DNA of 64,000 nt from positions 2,792,001 to 2,856,000 of the forward strand of contig NW_024704743.1 of the NCBI RefSeq assembly GCF_018977255.1, written 5' to 3'. This DNA is from Callorhinchus milii (lineage: Eukaryota). Under the pieces are notes generated by a model, which saw only the letters and a list, made by a program, of their open reading frames with translations, ran no database searches and was not told the origin of the DNA. How positions within the stretch are numbered: position 1 is the stretch's first letter; every line of letters starts with the position of its first letter. Below, piece after piece: positions 1 to 14,484 of this stretch. The translations under genes and the position numbers were made by a program.

Positions 1-356
1 GTTGCATTGGGGTAACTGCTGGAGTCTACCCAAATATCTCTATTAATCAAGAATCTGTCTCTCTTTTAAACGTCTTTGTTGATTCTGGCTCGATAGCTTT
101 TTTGGGGCCAAAGTGTTCCCCATGTTCACAGACTGTGTGTGAAGAAATGCTTGCTGACCCTCGGACTGGGGATGAAACAATTAACTAAAGGGTCAGGAAT
201 CCTCAAGGACTTGGCTACAGGAGAATGACTGAAGAGAGAGACAGTGGAAACATTTTATCTCAATGTGACTTTAACAGAAGCGTCTCATTCAAAGGCTGGA
301 GTCTCACAGCTGGGATTCAATATATTTTTTATAATATTTAATGTTATTATCATGCT

Positions 357-636
357 AGTGTGTACCTGACATGTTATCAGTGTGATCTAACATGTTATCA
401 GTGTGTACATGACGTGTAATCAGTGTGTACATGACATGTGTCAGTGTGTACGTGACGTGTTGTCAGTGTGTACCTGACATGGTGTCAGTGTGTACCTGAC
501 ATGTTATCAGTGTGTACCTGACATGTTATCAGTGTGTACATGACATGTTATCAGTGTGTACATGACATGTGTCAGTGTATATGTGACGTGTTGTCAGTAT
601 ATACCTGACATGTTATCAGTGTGTACCTGACGTGTT
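357..636. repeat. Minisatellite, ~22-bp unit (CAGTGTGTACCTGACATGTTAT)
   Basis: About a dozen visible tandem copies. Confidence 0.95.
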
Positions 637-1604
637 CTCCAGCTAAGTGCACTCTACCCATTGGGCCTTTGTTTGCAGGGTCACCAAGGATTTGCTGTGG
701 GTTATGGACCAGGCGACATTCCACTTGGTGTGGATGGAATTCTCAGTCTGGTTTGGATGGGATTCCTGACGTGTCAGACCAGCTGAACCGAATGTGTGGG
801 ATTGTTGCCGAGGACAGGACACGGGGAGAGAGCAACTCCCTTCTATTTCCCATTATCGCCGCTGGATCTTTGGCGTGGACCTGAATAGGCAGACGGGACC
901 TCGGTTTGATCTGAAGGATGGCACCTCCGGTGATGAACTCCCACCCTCCCACCCCCGCAGGGCATGGAAGGGTCAGCTCCAACTCCCGACCTGGGAGGGT
1001 CAGCTCCAACTCCCCCCCCCTCTCGACTCTCTTCCCCCTCCTCGCTCCCTCCCTTCCCTCCCCTCACCCTGACCATTTCCCCCTCTTTGCTCCCTCCCTT
1101 CCCTCCCCTCACCCTGACCATTTCCCCCCTGCTCGGGTCATGACCCAACTGTGCAGCGCCTTGGGACGTCCTCCTGACGTGAAAGGCGCTTTATAAATGG
1201 AATCTTGTTGTTGTTCTTGTTGTTGGGGCTCGAGCCCCAATCACCTGACTCTGAAGTGAGAGGCTCCCCACAAGGTGCTGCTATTTCCCCACCCTTGCCC
1301 AGGAAATGGTGGATGGCTGAGCTCACATCAAACCCAGCACTGACCGGACACCTCGAGTCTCACCTGGGGCCAGTGGAGCTGTCGCTGGAGATGCCTTTAT
1401 GCCGCAGTAAGTGGATCCACTGCAGGTGTGACAGTTCGGCAGCGACTACTTGCTGAGTGGTGTCATCTCGCCAGCTCAGGCCTGTCACAACACAAGGTGC
1501 AGCTGAACACAAACTGCAATTGGCCCCATATCCTTCTCCTCTCGTCTCAAACACACCAGAAATGCATTCGGACACCGTTGCAAACTGACTGTGAAAGGCG
1601 CTTT

Positions 1605-1929
1605 GTGGAGTCCTGGAGCTCAGTGGTTAGACGCTCGCCTCGCAAGCGGGAGACCTGGGTTCGATTCCCGGCAGGTCAGGGCGAAATGTTGGGCAGGTTT
1701 TCTTACTCCACATGCATATGCCTGATAATAATCCCTCAAGAAAAAAACGCAATAATAATTTGGTCACTCAATCCATGGCTGTTTGTGGGGACGCTGCTGT
1801 GCGTAATTGGCTGCCACGTTTTGTCCACAAAATAAATAGTCAATTCACTTTACAGTATATTCTGTGAAGCGCTTTGAGACGCCTCGAAGACATGAAAAAT
1901 ACTATATCAAATGCAAAGATTATTATTAC
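1605..1929 (+). mobile_element. tRNA(Ala)-derived SINE, near full length
   Basis: Head GTGGAGTCCTGGAGCTCAGTGG (A box), GGTTCGATTCC (B box), L2-like 3' tail ending (ATT)n; many related copies in the window. Confidence 0.9.
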
Positions 1930-2279
1930 ATATGTACCAAATTATAATTATTATTTTAATTTTGTCTCCTGTTGGTGTGACATCATTTCAAAACGAGGTC
2001 AGAGGAGCTGAGTTCTTTCAGGTCTCAGCTTTAAGAACATTGTGTTTTTAGACTTTAGGGTCATGCATAATATTGAAAAATTCTTTCAGTCAAAAGTCTG
2101 AAAAAGAACTGTGATAAACTGAGCCCCAAATTCAGACGGAATGAGATGTTTCAACAATACTGCACAATTTTAAGAAATTGAAGATCTTTTTTCTGGTGTG
2201 ATGGGGGTACGCAGTTTTGTGTGAGTGAGTATCTGAGTGGCAGAGGTTTAAATTCACAAGGAAAGCATTGGAATATTCC

Positions 2280-2850
2280 GGCTAGGAAGTGTCGAAGATG
2301 TGGACAAGGGTTTCAGCTGCTGTGGATGTGAGATACGGACAGAGGCGAGCAATGTGATGGAGGTGGAAAAAAGTGTTCCTGGTCAGGGAACGGATGTGGA
2401 GTCGAATCATAGAATCATGTAATTATACAGCACAGAAGGAGGCCATTCGGCCCGTCGTGTCTGTGCCCAAAGAAAGGAAAACTGGGGATTGAACCGGACA
2501 CCTAAGTTGCGCACGGGTTAGGAGAGTCTGAGGGAGAGTCCGGGGAGGTTGAGGAGTTCAGATCCACAGGAGAGAAGACGTTGATGGGAGCCAAGCAGTA
2601 TGGCTTCCATTTTGCCAACATTCAGCTACAATACAATACAAAATTACATCTGTACAGCGCCTTACACTTTAGGAGGACGTCCCAAGGCGCTGGAAAGTCG
2701 GGGAAATTTGCGGTCATCCAGGCCATGATGACCGTCAAACAAGCTGAGAGGAAATCAGAGGATTAGGAGTTGCAGTTGGAGGCGAAGTGGTAGATTTGGG
2801 TGTTGTCAGAGTACATGTGAAAGTTGACGTCGCCAAGAGGGTGCATGGGA
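2280..2850 (-). mobile_element. Decayed L2 LINE fragment interrupted by short retroposon tails
   Basis: Reverse complement resembles the HMYxDxTQxY / LGVxFxPxF region of the other L2 copies. Confidence 0.65.
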
Positions 2851-2937
2851 GCTGGTGCCCCCTGGTGGTCACTGGCAGCTCCTGCACACAGTGGCTTGGA
2901 TACAACCTTCCCCAAAGTTCAAAAGGAACAAATCAAT

Positions 2938-3225
2938 AAATAATCCTTGGATTAGACATAGTACCTTAGCACCTCGTTGAGATGTCTCAAAGTGCTTCAC
3001 AGGATTTTTACTGAGAAGTGTAGTGACTGTGCCCTTTATAGACAAAAGTGTCAGCCAATGTGCACACAGCAATGTGCCACAAACAGCTATGAAGTGAATG
3101 AACAATTTTATTTGGGGAGATTGTTGGCCAGGACACCAGGAGTAACTCCCTTCTCTTTTCATATTGTGGGATCCCTTAACGTCCCCTGAACAGGGAAATG
3201 AAGATCACAGTTTATTACCTGATGA
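2938..3225 (-). mobile_element. Deu-domain SINE (SacSINE1-like) fragment
   Basis: Contains the GGATCxTTAACGTCC..CTGAACAGG and TTGGCCAGGACA blocks shared with copies at 24375, 59040 and 61110. Confidence 0.7.
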
Positions 3226-4879
3226 GGACAATGAAATATTATATAATAATAATATATCAAATAAAATGAACAAATATTCGGCAATGTCGATCAGCCGAGG
3301 AGGTGACACGAGGCTTTAGGACGTGATGATGTGCAGACTTGATGTCCCACAAACAGCCAATGAGGTGAACGACCAATGTTTGGTTTGCTCCCGGGGGAAT
3401 CTCCCTTCTTTTGTGGGATCCTTAACGTCCACCTGACAGACTGATCATCCAAAGGCCGGCGCCTCTGACAATGTTGGGCATCTCCAGCCATAAATGGGAT
3501 AAATAAATAATCTGAGGCTGAAATCCAACTCTGTTGATCTGCTATGTCATACCACAGGTAACCAGCGGAGGGCACCAATGATCCACTAATAACAGCCACT
3601 CCACAGCCTCCAGAGTCTGTAGTAAATCAACAACAACAACAACAACAACAACAAGATTCCATTTATAGAGCGCCTTTCAGGTCGGGGGACGTCCCGAGGC
3701 GCTGAGGTAATAACATCTCTATAATTATACAATAAGAATTAATAATAATAAAATAAGAATATAATAATTATTATGATAATAAAATAAGAATATAATTATA
3801 ATAACCAAATCAACATGTTAGCTTTGCCTTAAGTTTTGCCGAAGAGTTCAGTTCAAGAAAACAATTAATTAGTGCTGTTGTCCTGGCCAACAATCCCCCA
3901 AATAAAATTGGTCATTCACTGCTTGCCTATTTGTGGGTCACAGTTGTGTGAAAATTGACTGGCGCATTGGCTCACTACACTTTAAAGTGTCGCACACGCT
4001 CGGTGAAGTAGTTTGAGACATCCTCCCAACGTGAAAGTCACTATATCAAATGTGCAGTTTATTATTATGTTTGTTATCATAAGACGCTGTAAAAATACTA
4101 TTATTTCTTCACTAAATTGCAATCACTTTACATCAATAAGTCAGCTTCTCGCTATTTAAACCTGAATGCCATTGAAACTGCATGTTACAGTCACAGCTGG
4201 TGAAAGACAACAGGAGGCAACAATAAGATTAATGGAATGGAAATTTCTTTGCAATAAAATTGTTTAATTCATAAATGCAGCTGAGATTTATCAGCTCAAA
4301 TTGACAGCGCAGTCTGCACTAGTCCTTAGAGCTCACTAGCATCAAACTAAATGAGACTGGAATTAGACAGAAAAGTACAATAGAAAGAGCCTGTTGATGG
4401 CTGGTCAGTATTTAGAAAGGCAAACTATGTGGTTTTAGCTGCTTAAACTTAAATTCCAGGAGTGAACCCAACGCACACACACTCTGGGGCTCAAACAGGA
4501 GCCAAGCACTCTCTGGGATGAGATAAACAGGGTACGTTATACTTACTATGTTCACTTTACATAATAAGTAATAATTGTAGTCTGTGACGTGCTTTGAGAC
4601 GTATCGAAGACATAATAAGGCCCTTTAGTAAATGCCAGGGTTATTATTATTATTATTATAGCTGCAGTTCTCCCCCCAGGACTGTCCTGCGATGGCAGCT
4701 TAGATTGTGAACTGAAAAGTGCCGACACTTGGAACTCTGAAATTAGGAATTTAAGAGGTCGACATGAGTCGTTGTGAAGGAGTCGCTTTTTGTGGTAATT
4801 ATTACCGCTGTGACTGGGCATCTGATCCTGGCAGACACCCTATCATGTCTCATCTCTATAGACTCTTATTGCTACATCT

Positions 4880-7080
4880 GGCTTTCATCTTGTCTCCGAA
4901 ATGTAGGTCGGAATTCCTTTCCATTCCATTTGCACAAACTTCAAAAACAGGAATAAATTAACGGGTTTCCATGATCGCCTCTCCTGCACCTTCAACTCCC
5001 TCATGTCCCTGAAATCCAAGACCATCTTCAAACCCACCCAATCGCCCGGTACAACAACAATCTCCGCCACCAAAAAACCCAAACCCGTCTGCTCGAATGC
5101 GGATGGAGGAAAACTGGTCTGACAGTTCACCGCTAACTGTGGCTCGAGCATTTCCACAGCTACCGCCATTCTTTGACTCTGCCTTCTACTCCAACGTCAT
5201 CTTGGAGGCTAAACACAACCCAAAAATCCTTTTTTTGACCACCCACTACCTCCTCCGTGCGCCCCCTCAGGCCTCCTCAATCTTCGTATCAAATGCCAAA
5301 TGCGAGGAGGTTTTCTTCTTTTCTTCTAAAATACTTAACATCCACCAGGCAGCCTCATCCACCTGCCCCTTCTCACCCAACACACTCCCTCTCTTCCCCC
5401 TCATCTTCCTCATCATCTGCTCCTACCACCACCCCCATTCTACATTCCTTCCTCCCCATCTCTCCCTCCTGTCTCTCACCCACCATCACCTCCATGAAAC
5501 CCACCACCTGCTGCCTCAACCCCCTCCCCACCAACTTATTGGTCACACAGCTCCCCACTGCTGGCTGACATCATCAACCAATCCCTCTCCTTCGGATCAG
5601 TCCCTGTCTCCCTCAAAAATCGTTCCCGAGATCGCTCAGACCCCAGTCATTACCGCCCTATTTCTAACCTGCCCTTCCTCTGAAAAGTTCTAGAACGCGT
5701 CATTGCCAACCAACTCCACACACACCTCCCCTCCCACTCCCTCTTCGAAACCCTCCAGTCCGGTTTCCGCCCACAGTACAGAGACTGCGCTTGTGAAAGT
5801 CACAAACGACATCCTCCCTATCTGTGACCAGGGCTCCCTCTGCCTTCTTGTCCTCCTGGACCTCTCCGCCGCGTTCGACACAGTCGATCACGCCATCCTC
5901 CTCCACCGCCTTTCCTCCGTTATCCACCTCAGTGGGACCGCATTCGCCTGGTTCGAGTCCTTCTTCACAAGCCACCAGCAGTACATCTGCACAAATCGCT
6001 TCTCCTTCCGCTCTCAACGGGGTACTCCAAGAATCCATCCTTGCCCCCCTCCTCTTTCTGATCTATATGCTCCCTCTTGGGGATGTCATCTGCAGACATG
6101 GGGTACATGTCCACATGTATGCAGACAACACACAACTCTATTTTTCCACCTCACTTTGCGCCCCCCAGTCCCCTGATGTTCTGCCTGTCAGATCTCAAGG
6201 GCTGGATGAGCGCAAACTTCCTTCAGCTGAAAGTTGACAAGATGGAAGCCATACTCTTTGGCTCTCGTCAACGTCTAAAATCTCACGCTCTCACCTCCTC
6301 CACCTACCCGACCTCCCCCTAAAACTCTCTGAACCCGTACGCAACCTAGGCATCAGGTTCGACCCACAATTATTCTTCCTCCCCCAAATCCGGTCCCTCA
6401 CCAGCACTGCTTTCTACCACCTCAGACGCATCGCCCGTCTCCGCCAATACCTCTCCCCAAAAGCCGCTGAAACCCTGGTCCATACCTTTGTCACCTGTCG
6501 GCTGGACAACTCCAACACCCTCCTCGCCGGTCTCCCCTCCACTACCTTCCATAAAATCCAGATCATTCAAAACTCTGCCGCCCGCATTCTCACCCGCATT
6601 AAACTCCGCTCCCCGATCACCCCCAGTCCTGGCCAGACTGCACTGGCTGTCTGTCCCAGAGAGGATCGATTTCAAGATCCTCACCCTTGTATTCAAGTCC
6701 CTGCACTCCTCTGCACCCCCCGACCTCTCTGACCTCCTCTCTCCTCAAAACAGTACCCATTGCCTTAGTTCCTCTGGGTCTGGCCTCCTCCTTGTCCCCC
6801 GAGTCCTACACTCCACCTTCAGCCACTACGCCCCAAGGCTCTGGAACTCCCATCTGCACTCCTTTTGTCTCGCTCCCTCTCTTCTTATTTTCAGGTCTCT
6901 GCTGAAGACCTTTCTTTTCGACCACGCCTTTGGTCACCTTCCTCCCCCCATCCCCCTCCCCCCAGCTCCTCCCCCTCCCCCCGGCTCGGCCCTGGGATCC
7001 GTTACTGTGAAGCGCGCTGAGACGCCGTCCGGCGTGGAGGACACTATATGAATCCAAGTTGTTGTTGTTGTTATTGTTGT
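4880..7080 (+). mobile_element. L2-clade LINE, 5'-truncated, frameshifted ORF2 (reverse transcriptase)
   Basis: RT motifs across frames: [64 protein letters not shown]; ends in (GTT)n. Confidence 0.95.
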
Positions 7081-9984
7081 TTCCTTAACCCTTTAAGTGT
7101 CACACCTCTGACAAATGCTTTCAGAGAGAGAGAGAGAGGAGTGAGAGAGAGATAATAATAAATAAATAATTAATTTAATTCTATTAGATGATCTTATAGA
7201 AAATGTCAGGACAGGCTGGAGAGGCTGAATGGCCTCCTCTTGTTCCAATGTCTGTCTGGCAGTAAGGAGCTGAATACAAGATTCAGCAAAGGCAGGACGT
7301 TGACATCACGGACAGTAATTTACGTGCATTTGTCATGTGGTCGATGGTCCTTGCGCCCTTTTCCAATGGAAGATTGAAGATTAAAGAAGATATCGTTTGA
7401 CGATCAATATCTCTTCAGTCAGTAAAAAACAATTGCTTTTCTCTCAGCTTTCAAATCGCAAGATTATGTTTGATGTTTTAAAAATGTGTTTTGCAACGAG
7501 ATAAGAAGCAAATACCCAACCCCCTCCCCTCTTGCTTCCACCTCCTCTATCCTCTCCATATCCCCCCACTCACCCCTCCACACCTCCCCCAGCCCTCCCG
7601 TCCCTCTTTCCCCTCTCATATCTCCCCACGTCTCCCCCTCCCCCACCTCTCCGCATGTAATTAAAAAAAGTCTAATTATTTTGCTAATGTTTTATGTTTT
7701 TTAATAATGACCAAGATTTGAGGATAGATACCTTTGACATCAGGAAGAAGTCTCAAGGATACAGTGTAAAGTGGACTGTGCAGGCAATTGCAGCTGCCAT
7801 GAAGTGAACAACCAATTTTTTAATCTGGATTTTGTTGGCCTGGAATCCGGGAGAAACTCTTTTTTTGTTTCGAGTCATGTCGTGGGATCTTTAACATCCA
7901 CCTGGACAGGAAGATATCAGCTCCAAGGAGATCCCGCGTACAACAACAACAATTTGCGCCCCTCATGCAGGGCAGTGCCCTAGAGAGCTTGACCCCAACC
8001 CGGGGGAGGGGGGAGATGACCGTAGGTACTGATCAAAGAGGAAGGTCTTCAAGCGCCACTTGAAGGTGGGGAAAGAGGGGGCAAGGTGGAGGGATTGAGA
8101 GAGAATGTTCCAGAGTTTCAGGGCTTAGTGGCTGAAAGCCTGACCACTGATGGTGGAACAGAGGGCACGAGGGTCAAGGAGGAGGCTGGAGCTTAAAAAT
8201 AAGGCACATTTGCCTTAAAAATAAATGGCAGCATCCCAGCTCCCCATGAACTGCCACATAAGGTTTAATACATTCCCAGACATTTCCCAACCCACCTATT
8301 TTCTTCTTCGTACCAAATGAGCTTTAAATGTATTTTTCTGCACTACAAACGACTTTGGAAACTAGAACTGCGAAATGGTAACATTACACTAACCTCATTT
8401 AAAAGCTATCAAATGAAAGACTGTGGCCCAGCTATATATAGTAGATTACCAGACGTCAATGTGATGAACACTTCCAGTATCTTGGGAGGCTCATCTCTCT
8501 CTCTCTCTCATGCGCGCTCTCTCGTTCTCTCTCTCTCGCTCTCTCTCCAGTTGGTGCTTGAAGTTTTACTGGGATTTGATCTGAACGAAAGGACTACAAA
8601 GTTCACACACAAGATTGGTTTTGATGAAGAAGACCATTTGGCCTATTTAATCTCATTCCTGTAGAAACCCACTCCACTGTCCTCCCATCACAACTAATCT
8701 TGTGTGATCTTTTGTGGAGTCCTGCAGTGTATTAGTTAGAGAGCACTCAGTCAGGGCGAAACATTGGGCAAGGTACCATACTCCACACGCCTCTGTTTAT
8801 TTAGCAATAATAGGAACTTGTTTGTTAGTTGATTGGCGGATCACTTTCTGGGGATAATAATCCCTTACAAAATGTGGTCACTCAATCCGTGACTGTTTGT
8901 GGGGACGCTGCTGTGTGCAATTGGCTGCTGCGTTTCACCCACAAAATGAACATTCGATTCACTTTATAGCATATTATGTGAAGCGCTTTGAGACGTCTCA
9001 ACAATGACTCAGAACACAACTAAAATCACGACATCTTTCACAGCCATGACTGGGAACTCAACTAATTCTTGACATTAACTCTGCAGGATTGCTGTAGACA
9101 ATTGGTTGGCAGACATTCCTACATAACAAGCGCTGTTAGTTCAGGGCGAATATTATTTGAGTGTCATCTTAGCTCTAATGGCAGCACTTCTGCCTTGGAG
9201 TCAGGAAGTTGTGGAATCAAGCCCCCCATCTGGACTTTGAACTCACTAGTCTAGGCTGACAATCCAACTCACTGTGTTGTCAGAGGCGTAGAGTTGTTGA
9301 GTTGTTATTAACAGAGGAAATGGAACAAAAATAAGTTTTACAGAGAGAAAAAAAACTTTTAAAAAGACTCGACCTAATAAATGATTTTGCAGAAGAATTT
9401 AAATGAAAATTCCGCTTGACGTCCCCTCGCTGATCTCTCCCCTGAAGGTTGATTTTATGATATCATCCCCATAAAGCTACCAAGGTGGGTCTGCTCCAGT
9501 TTGTGAGGGATATTTATAGAGTGGATCTGCATTAAATAGTAATTAAACTGAGATTTTATAGAGTCCGTCTTAGTGATAAGGTGACAGATCATGGATCTTT
9601 TCATACAGTTGGTATTGTAAAATATTCTACTGTTCTAAATATACAGTAATTACTATTCCTCTTATTAGACCTGACCAATGCTCACTGCTATCAGAAAGCT
9701 CGGGAAGAGATTTTAACCCTTTGAGCGCTGTTCTCTCCAGCTCAAAGTGGAGGAAGACAAAGGGTGATTTGATAGAAGTATTTTGATAATGGAAGTCAGG
9801 AGTTAGATAGTGGAGAATTGTTTCCTTTGGTCGAGGGATCTATTGAAGGCACAGCCAAGAGAGAATTGAGGTCAGCAAGCATCTCTTCCCACACAGCGAA
9901 TTGTGAAGATGTGGAATTCTCTATCCCAGAAAGCTGTAGAGACAGGATCAATAGGGATGTTTAAAAGACACATATTTGGGTAAT

Positions 9985-10365
9985 TTAGTTTTGGTCACAG
10001 CCGAGGTGTCTATTATATGCGGAACCCATTATTGTGCTTAAGAGTATCCAAACCAGAGGTCCACACGTGCACACCTCCTACACGATGAAATGTCCCTGAA
10101 TCTGGAATGGAATGCGCCCTCTCTCTCTCTTTCTCTCTCTCTTCCTGGATGGAGGCATCCTGCTTACCTAATTCCAAAGAGTATTAGGTACAGGTTGGCA
10201 AGAACCAAGGCCTGGGGACCCCAGAGAGTGAATTGGCGTAACTGCTGGAGTCTAACCAACTAAACCTCATAGCTTGCCATTGATATTGCTGTCCGCCAAG
10301 CTTCCTGCTGCTTGTCCAGCTGGGACCATCCTACTCTTCAGAGCTTTGGCTACAGGAGTTAACAG
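9985..10365 (-). repeat. Copy of unclassified ~600-bp interspersed repeat
   Basis: Colinear with 30400-30725, 50720-51298 and 62095-62550. Confidence 0.8.
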
Positions 10366-10540
10366 GAGACAAATGCTGCTGCATTTGCTGATAAACATTC
10401 AATCACTTCCCCATATAATCCTGCGAAGCGTTTTGAGTCTTCCTCCTGACTTGAAAGAAGTTTTATCAAATGGAAGAATAATTATTATTGTTAGTGCCTC
10501 ACTGAGTGTCCTCAGGACTTGTCAATACATTAAGAGCTAT

Positions 10541-10830
10541 AATAATAATAATAATCCTTGCACTTGATACAGCGCTTTATTACATCTTTGAGAAGTCTCA
10601 AAGCGCTTCACGGGATACACTGTAAAGTGAATTGACCGTATATTTTTTTGGGGCGAAACATAGCACCCAATTGCACACAGCAGCGTCCCACAAACAGCTA
10701 TGGATTAAAGTGATCAATTTTTTTTAAAGGAATTATTACCCTCGGAAAAGCGATCCACTAATCAACTAACAACCGGGTTCCTGCTTACTGCTGGGTAAAT
10801 AGAGGCGTGTGGAGTAAGGAAACTTGCCCA
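10541..10830 (-). mobile_element. tRNA-derived SINE, 5'-truncated
   Basis: (AAT)n-CCTTGCA.TTGATA tail and body matching other copies. Confidence 0.85.
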
Positions 10831-11010
10831 ACAATCACCCTCCTACCCCTACCCTCCTCGCCCTCCACCCCTCCTGATCCCAACCACTAGCTCAGGTGCT
10901 GATCCATGACTTGGGACGTCCTCCTAACGTGAAAGGCGTTGTGTGCAAATATCATGTGTTGTTGTTGTCTCAGTGTAATGTCTCAGTCTGGCAATAAACA
11001 GAAAGAGTAC

Positions 11011-11124
11011 CTTGGAGGGACAGTTTATGCAGGATACTCCGGAGGCGTTGAAGATCAGCCGGTGAAACTTCGTATTGATTTACGTCTATCACCGGCAGCT
11101 CCTGACACCTCCCAAACACTGCGT
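11011..11124 (-). CDS. PTPRN2: PTPRN2-like coding exon 3 (DAVFGRCQELPVIDVNQYEVSPADLQRLRSILHKLSLQG)
   Basis: 114-nt phase 1-1 exon inside ORF 10970..11230; acceptor tcttgttgcttttcag|, donor AAG|gtac; strong similarity to recalled PTPRN2 [39 protein letters not shown], closer than to PTPRN. Confidence 0.95.
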
Positions 11125-12664
11125 CTGAAAAGCAACAAGAAGGAAGATGAGTCAGCGGATTGACAGGGGAACTAAACCTAAACATTCCTCTCAGCTGCTC
11201 CCGTTTAAAGGGAATCAGTAACGTGCTCACATTTGCTCAAATAGACAAGGAGGAAAAAAATCTTCTTTTTCAAAGCATTAGCCAGACACTTGTCACAGAG
11301 AACAGTCGGGGCAATACAACAACAACAAATGACATTTGTATAATGCCTTTCACATCAGGAGGCAGACAGGACTGCGAGAGTCAGCACCTGCACAATGGGC
11401 CACATGGGTTCATTCAGTATCAGTGCTGGAGAGGAGAATAGAGAGTCTGTAACCACATGTTAAAGCACCTTTCACATCAGACAGGAACTGCCAAAGTCAA
11501 CGATGTGCACCTGAGCTGGGGGTTGGGATCAGGAAAGGTGAAAGGCAGGGAGGGTGAGGGAGAGATCATAATATATAATAATAATAATAATCCTTGCATT
11601 TGATACACCACCTTATCAAAGCTTCGAGACGTCTCAAAGTGCTTCACAGGATATACTGTAAAGTGTAGTGACTGTGTATTTTGTGGGCGAAACACGGCAG
11701 CTAATTGAGCACAGCAGCGTCCTCACAAACAGCCGTGGATTGAAGTGACCAATTTATTATTATTAGGGATGGAATGTGGTCACTAATTTCAACACTGTTT
11801 CTAGGAAGTCGCTTGTGTGCAAATTGGCATTTGCCTATAAATATGCACTCGCTATATTTTACAAAAATACGCTTTGAGACATGTGGCCGTGATGAGGCAC
11901 TATATCAAATGCCAGGATTATTATTATTAATCAAATGGTGAATTTCATAATAAGATTGAAAAAACTAACAATAAACCACTTGTTGCGATATAAGAGTCGC
12001 CCCCTTTAAATCAGGGCTGCTCTTATTATTAATGCTATGCAAATTGACGCATGGATGACAAAGCCATCAGCTGATGGAAATGCTTTCAGCAAATGAGATG
12101 ATGTATAATGTATTAAACATAATATTCGGAAAAGGGAAAGGCTGAAATGTTCGCACGGGGTTTAATAACCACAGAATAAAATATATTAAAACTTGTCATT
12201 TGATCTCTTAAAAGTGCGACACTGAGGATCTTGTCAATTAAGTAGAATTCTGAGTGTGGCACAAAAAGCAATTTTGAGATCACATTGAGAATGTTAAAGA
12301 GTAAAACCACTGCCTCTGGTGAACAATTGTTCCTAATCACCGACATCTCAATGATGAGATTAGGCTGCATTTTACAGTCTGACTGAAACAGTGTCCCAGC
12401 CCTTCTCAACGTTTATATTGTCAACCTGAGACACTCAGCACATCCCTGACATTGTCATCATGTTCTCTCTCAGACCATTATTGTCTGTAAAGCGTAAAAG
12501 ACAAGATTGTGTAGAATTTGTGGACAGTTTTTGAATATTGAGTCTGTCCCAGCACCACATTGGGACCACCCTCCAGTGCAGTGCTGGAGAGATCACTGTG
12601 AGAGATCAGTGCTGTGATTCGGATGAGATGTTGAACTGAGGTCCTGTCTGCCTGTTCAAGTCTG

Positions 12665-12882
12665 CCTCTCTATGGCTGTATATCACCCTCTCTATAGCCT
12701 GTATATCACCCTCTCTATGGCTGTATATCACCCTCTCTATGGCTGTATATCACTCTCTCTATGGCTGTATATCACCCTCTCAATGGCTGTATATCACTCT
12801 CTCTATGGCTGTATATCACTCTCTCTATGACTGTATATCACCCTCCGTATGGCTGTATATCACCCTCTCTATGGCTGTATAT
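12665..12882. repeat. Minisatellite, 22-bp unit (CTCTCTATGGCTGTATATCACC)
   Basis: About 10 tandem copies directly after a Deu-SINE fragment. Confidence 0.95.
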
Positions 12883-14484
12883 GTACAAGCTGCATTGAGG
12901 GACAAGGGAATCTGTTCTTTCGTTCAGGATTTTATATGTTATCAAAGAAGGTTTTCCTGGAGACAATCATCATTTTGTGTTTGAAATAAACATCTTACAT
13001 TTGGTTGTGCTTTAAACCACCATCAATTTGCAAAGCTGTATCTGCTCAGAATCAGCTTAAAGGGGCAACAACAACTTGCAGTTATATTGCACCCCTCACG
13101 CGGGCTCGTGTCCCAGAACCCTTACTGTGCATTCCAGTCTCCCCGAGTCCCTCACATCTTGTAGGGTTCACGCGGCAGATCTAATGCTTCACTGATTGTA
13201 TTGAAGTGAGAGGATTGCCACACGATTGCCACAGTGTGTGTTGCTTCTGACATCCCAGCTTTTCAGTGGAGAGAGAGAGACCTAACACTAGCAACAGAGA
13301 CAGAAACAGCAAGTTCACAAGATGGGTTTGGATGAAGACAGCCCTTGATTCTGAGCAGGTCGGACTCTTCAGTCTCGAGAGAAGATGACTATTATTATCT
13401 TGTGAGCTTTCAAGCTCTGACAATTACTAAAGCATTTGCAGATCCAGATGCTGCTGAGAAACAGGCACAAGATTGAAAGGTGTAATAAAATAAGAATAAT
13501 TCTTGCATTTCATATCACGTCTTATCAACTCGTCAGAATGTCCCAGAGCGCCTCACAGAGTATACTGTAAAGTCTGGTGACTGTATATTCAAAGACAAAT
13601 ATTTACTCTTTTACTGACACTGAGCATTGCCAGGAGAGACTCTGTTGCCGTTTATCGCTGTGCCTGCGAGTTATTCTCATTCAGGTGACGTGCAGTTTCC
13701 TGACCTTAGACCCTGTCAACTTAATAATTTTGTGCAATTGCACCAAACTCCCAAAGCAATTGATGGGCCTGAAGGCAAAGCAACAACAACTTGCATTTAT
13801 ACAGCCCTTCATGAGGGGCAGCGTCACAGAACGCAGTGCAGTTAAACAAGGACCTGGGCTGATTACTGGCAAATGAAGCTGAATACAGATAATTTCATGG
13901 TTTACTATAGACAGGAGGAAGAATAGAAAACATGGATTTCATAAATAGGATGGAACTTGTCAAGGGAAAAGCTGGAAGAGATCAAGGGGTGTCAGCAGTA
14001 GGTGCTGGGCCTTACTGCTGAACCTGTTGTGTTTAAATCCCCGGAAGTCAGGCCACAACGAGAGCACAGTCTGGAGGTGTAGTGGCTGTAAGCACGGCTG
14101 CTAATAGTGGAGCAGAGGGCACAAGGGATGTGTAGAAAGGCTCCCAAGTACAACCTTCCCCTTCCCATCTCCTGCTCACATGTTAAATGATCTTTTTGCC
14201 TGTGTGTTGCAGTGAGGTCCTGGGGCTCCAGTCTGCTCTGGGATAAAACAGCAGCAAATGGATCTCTCCACAGGCACCGCAATTCATTCCCATCCTCCAG
14301 CGGTTACTAAGCAACGGCATGTGTTAACATTGGATGACGTTTTGATGAGAAGTTTTGAGAAGAGGACAGCAGTAGCCAGCGCTGGTACTTTGTTTGCAGT
14401 TTGGTGACAGTCGGGTGTCTGACACGCGCGGAACCCCATCACCTGATTAGCAGATTCCACACCAAACTGAGATTACCAAGTTTG

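Noticed and set aside
1..11010. PTPRN2 exon 4 (xTWQDDYTQ-like)
   Set aside because: No matching sequence found by eye on the minus strand; probably outside the window.
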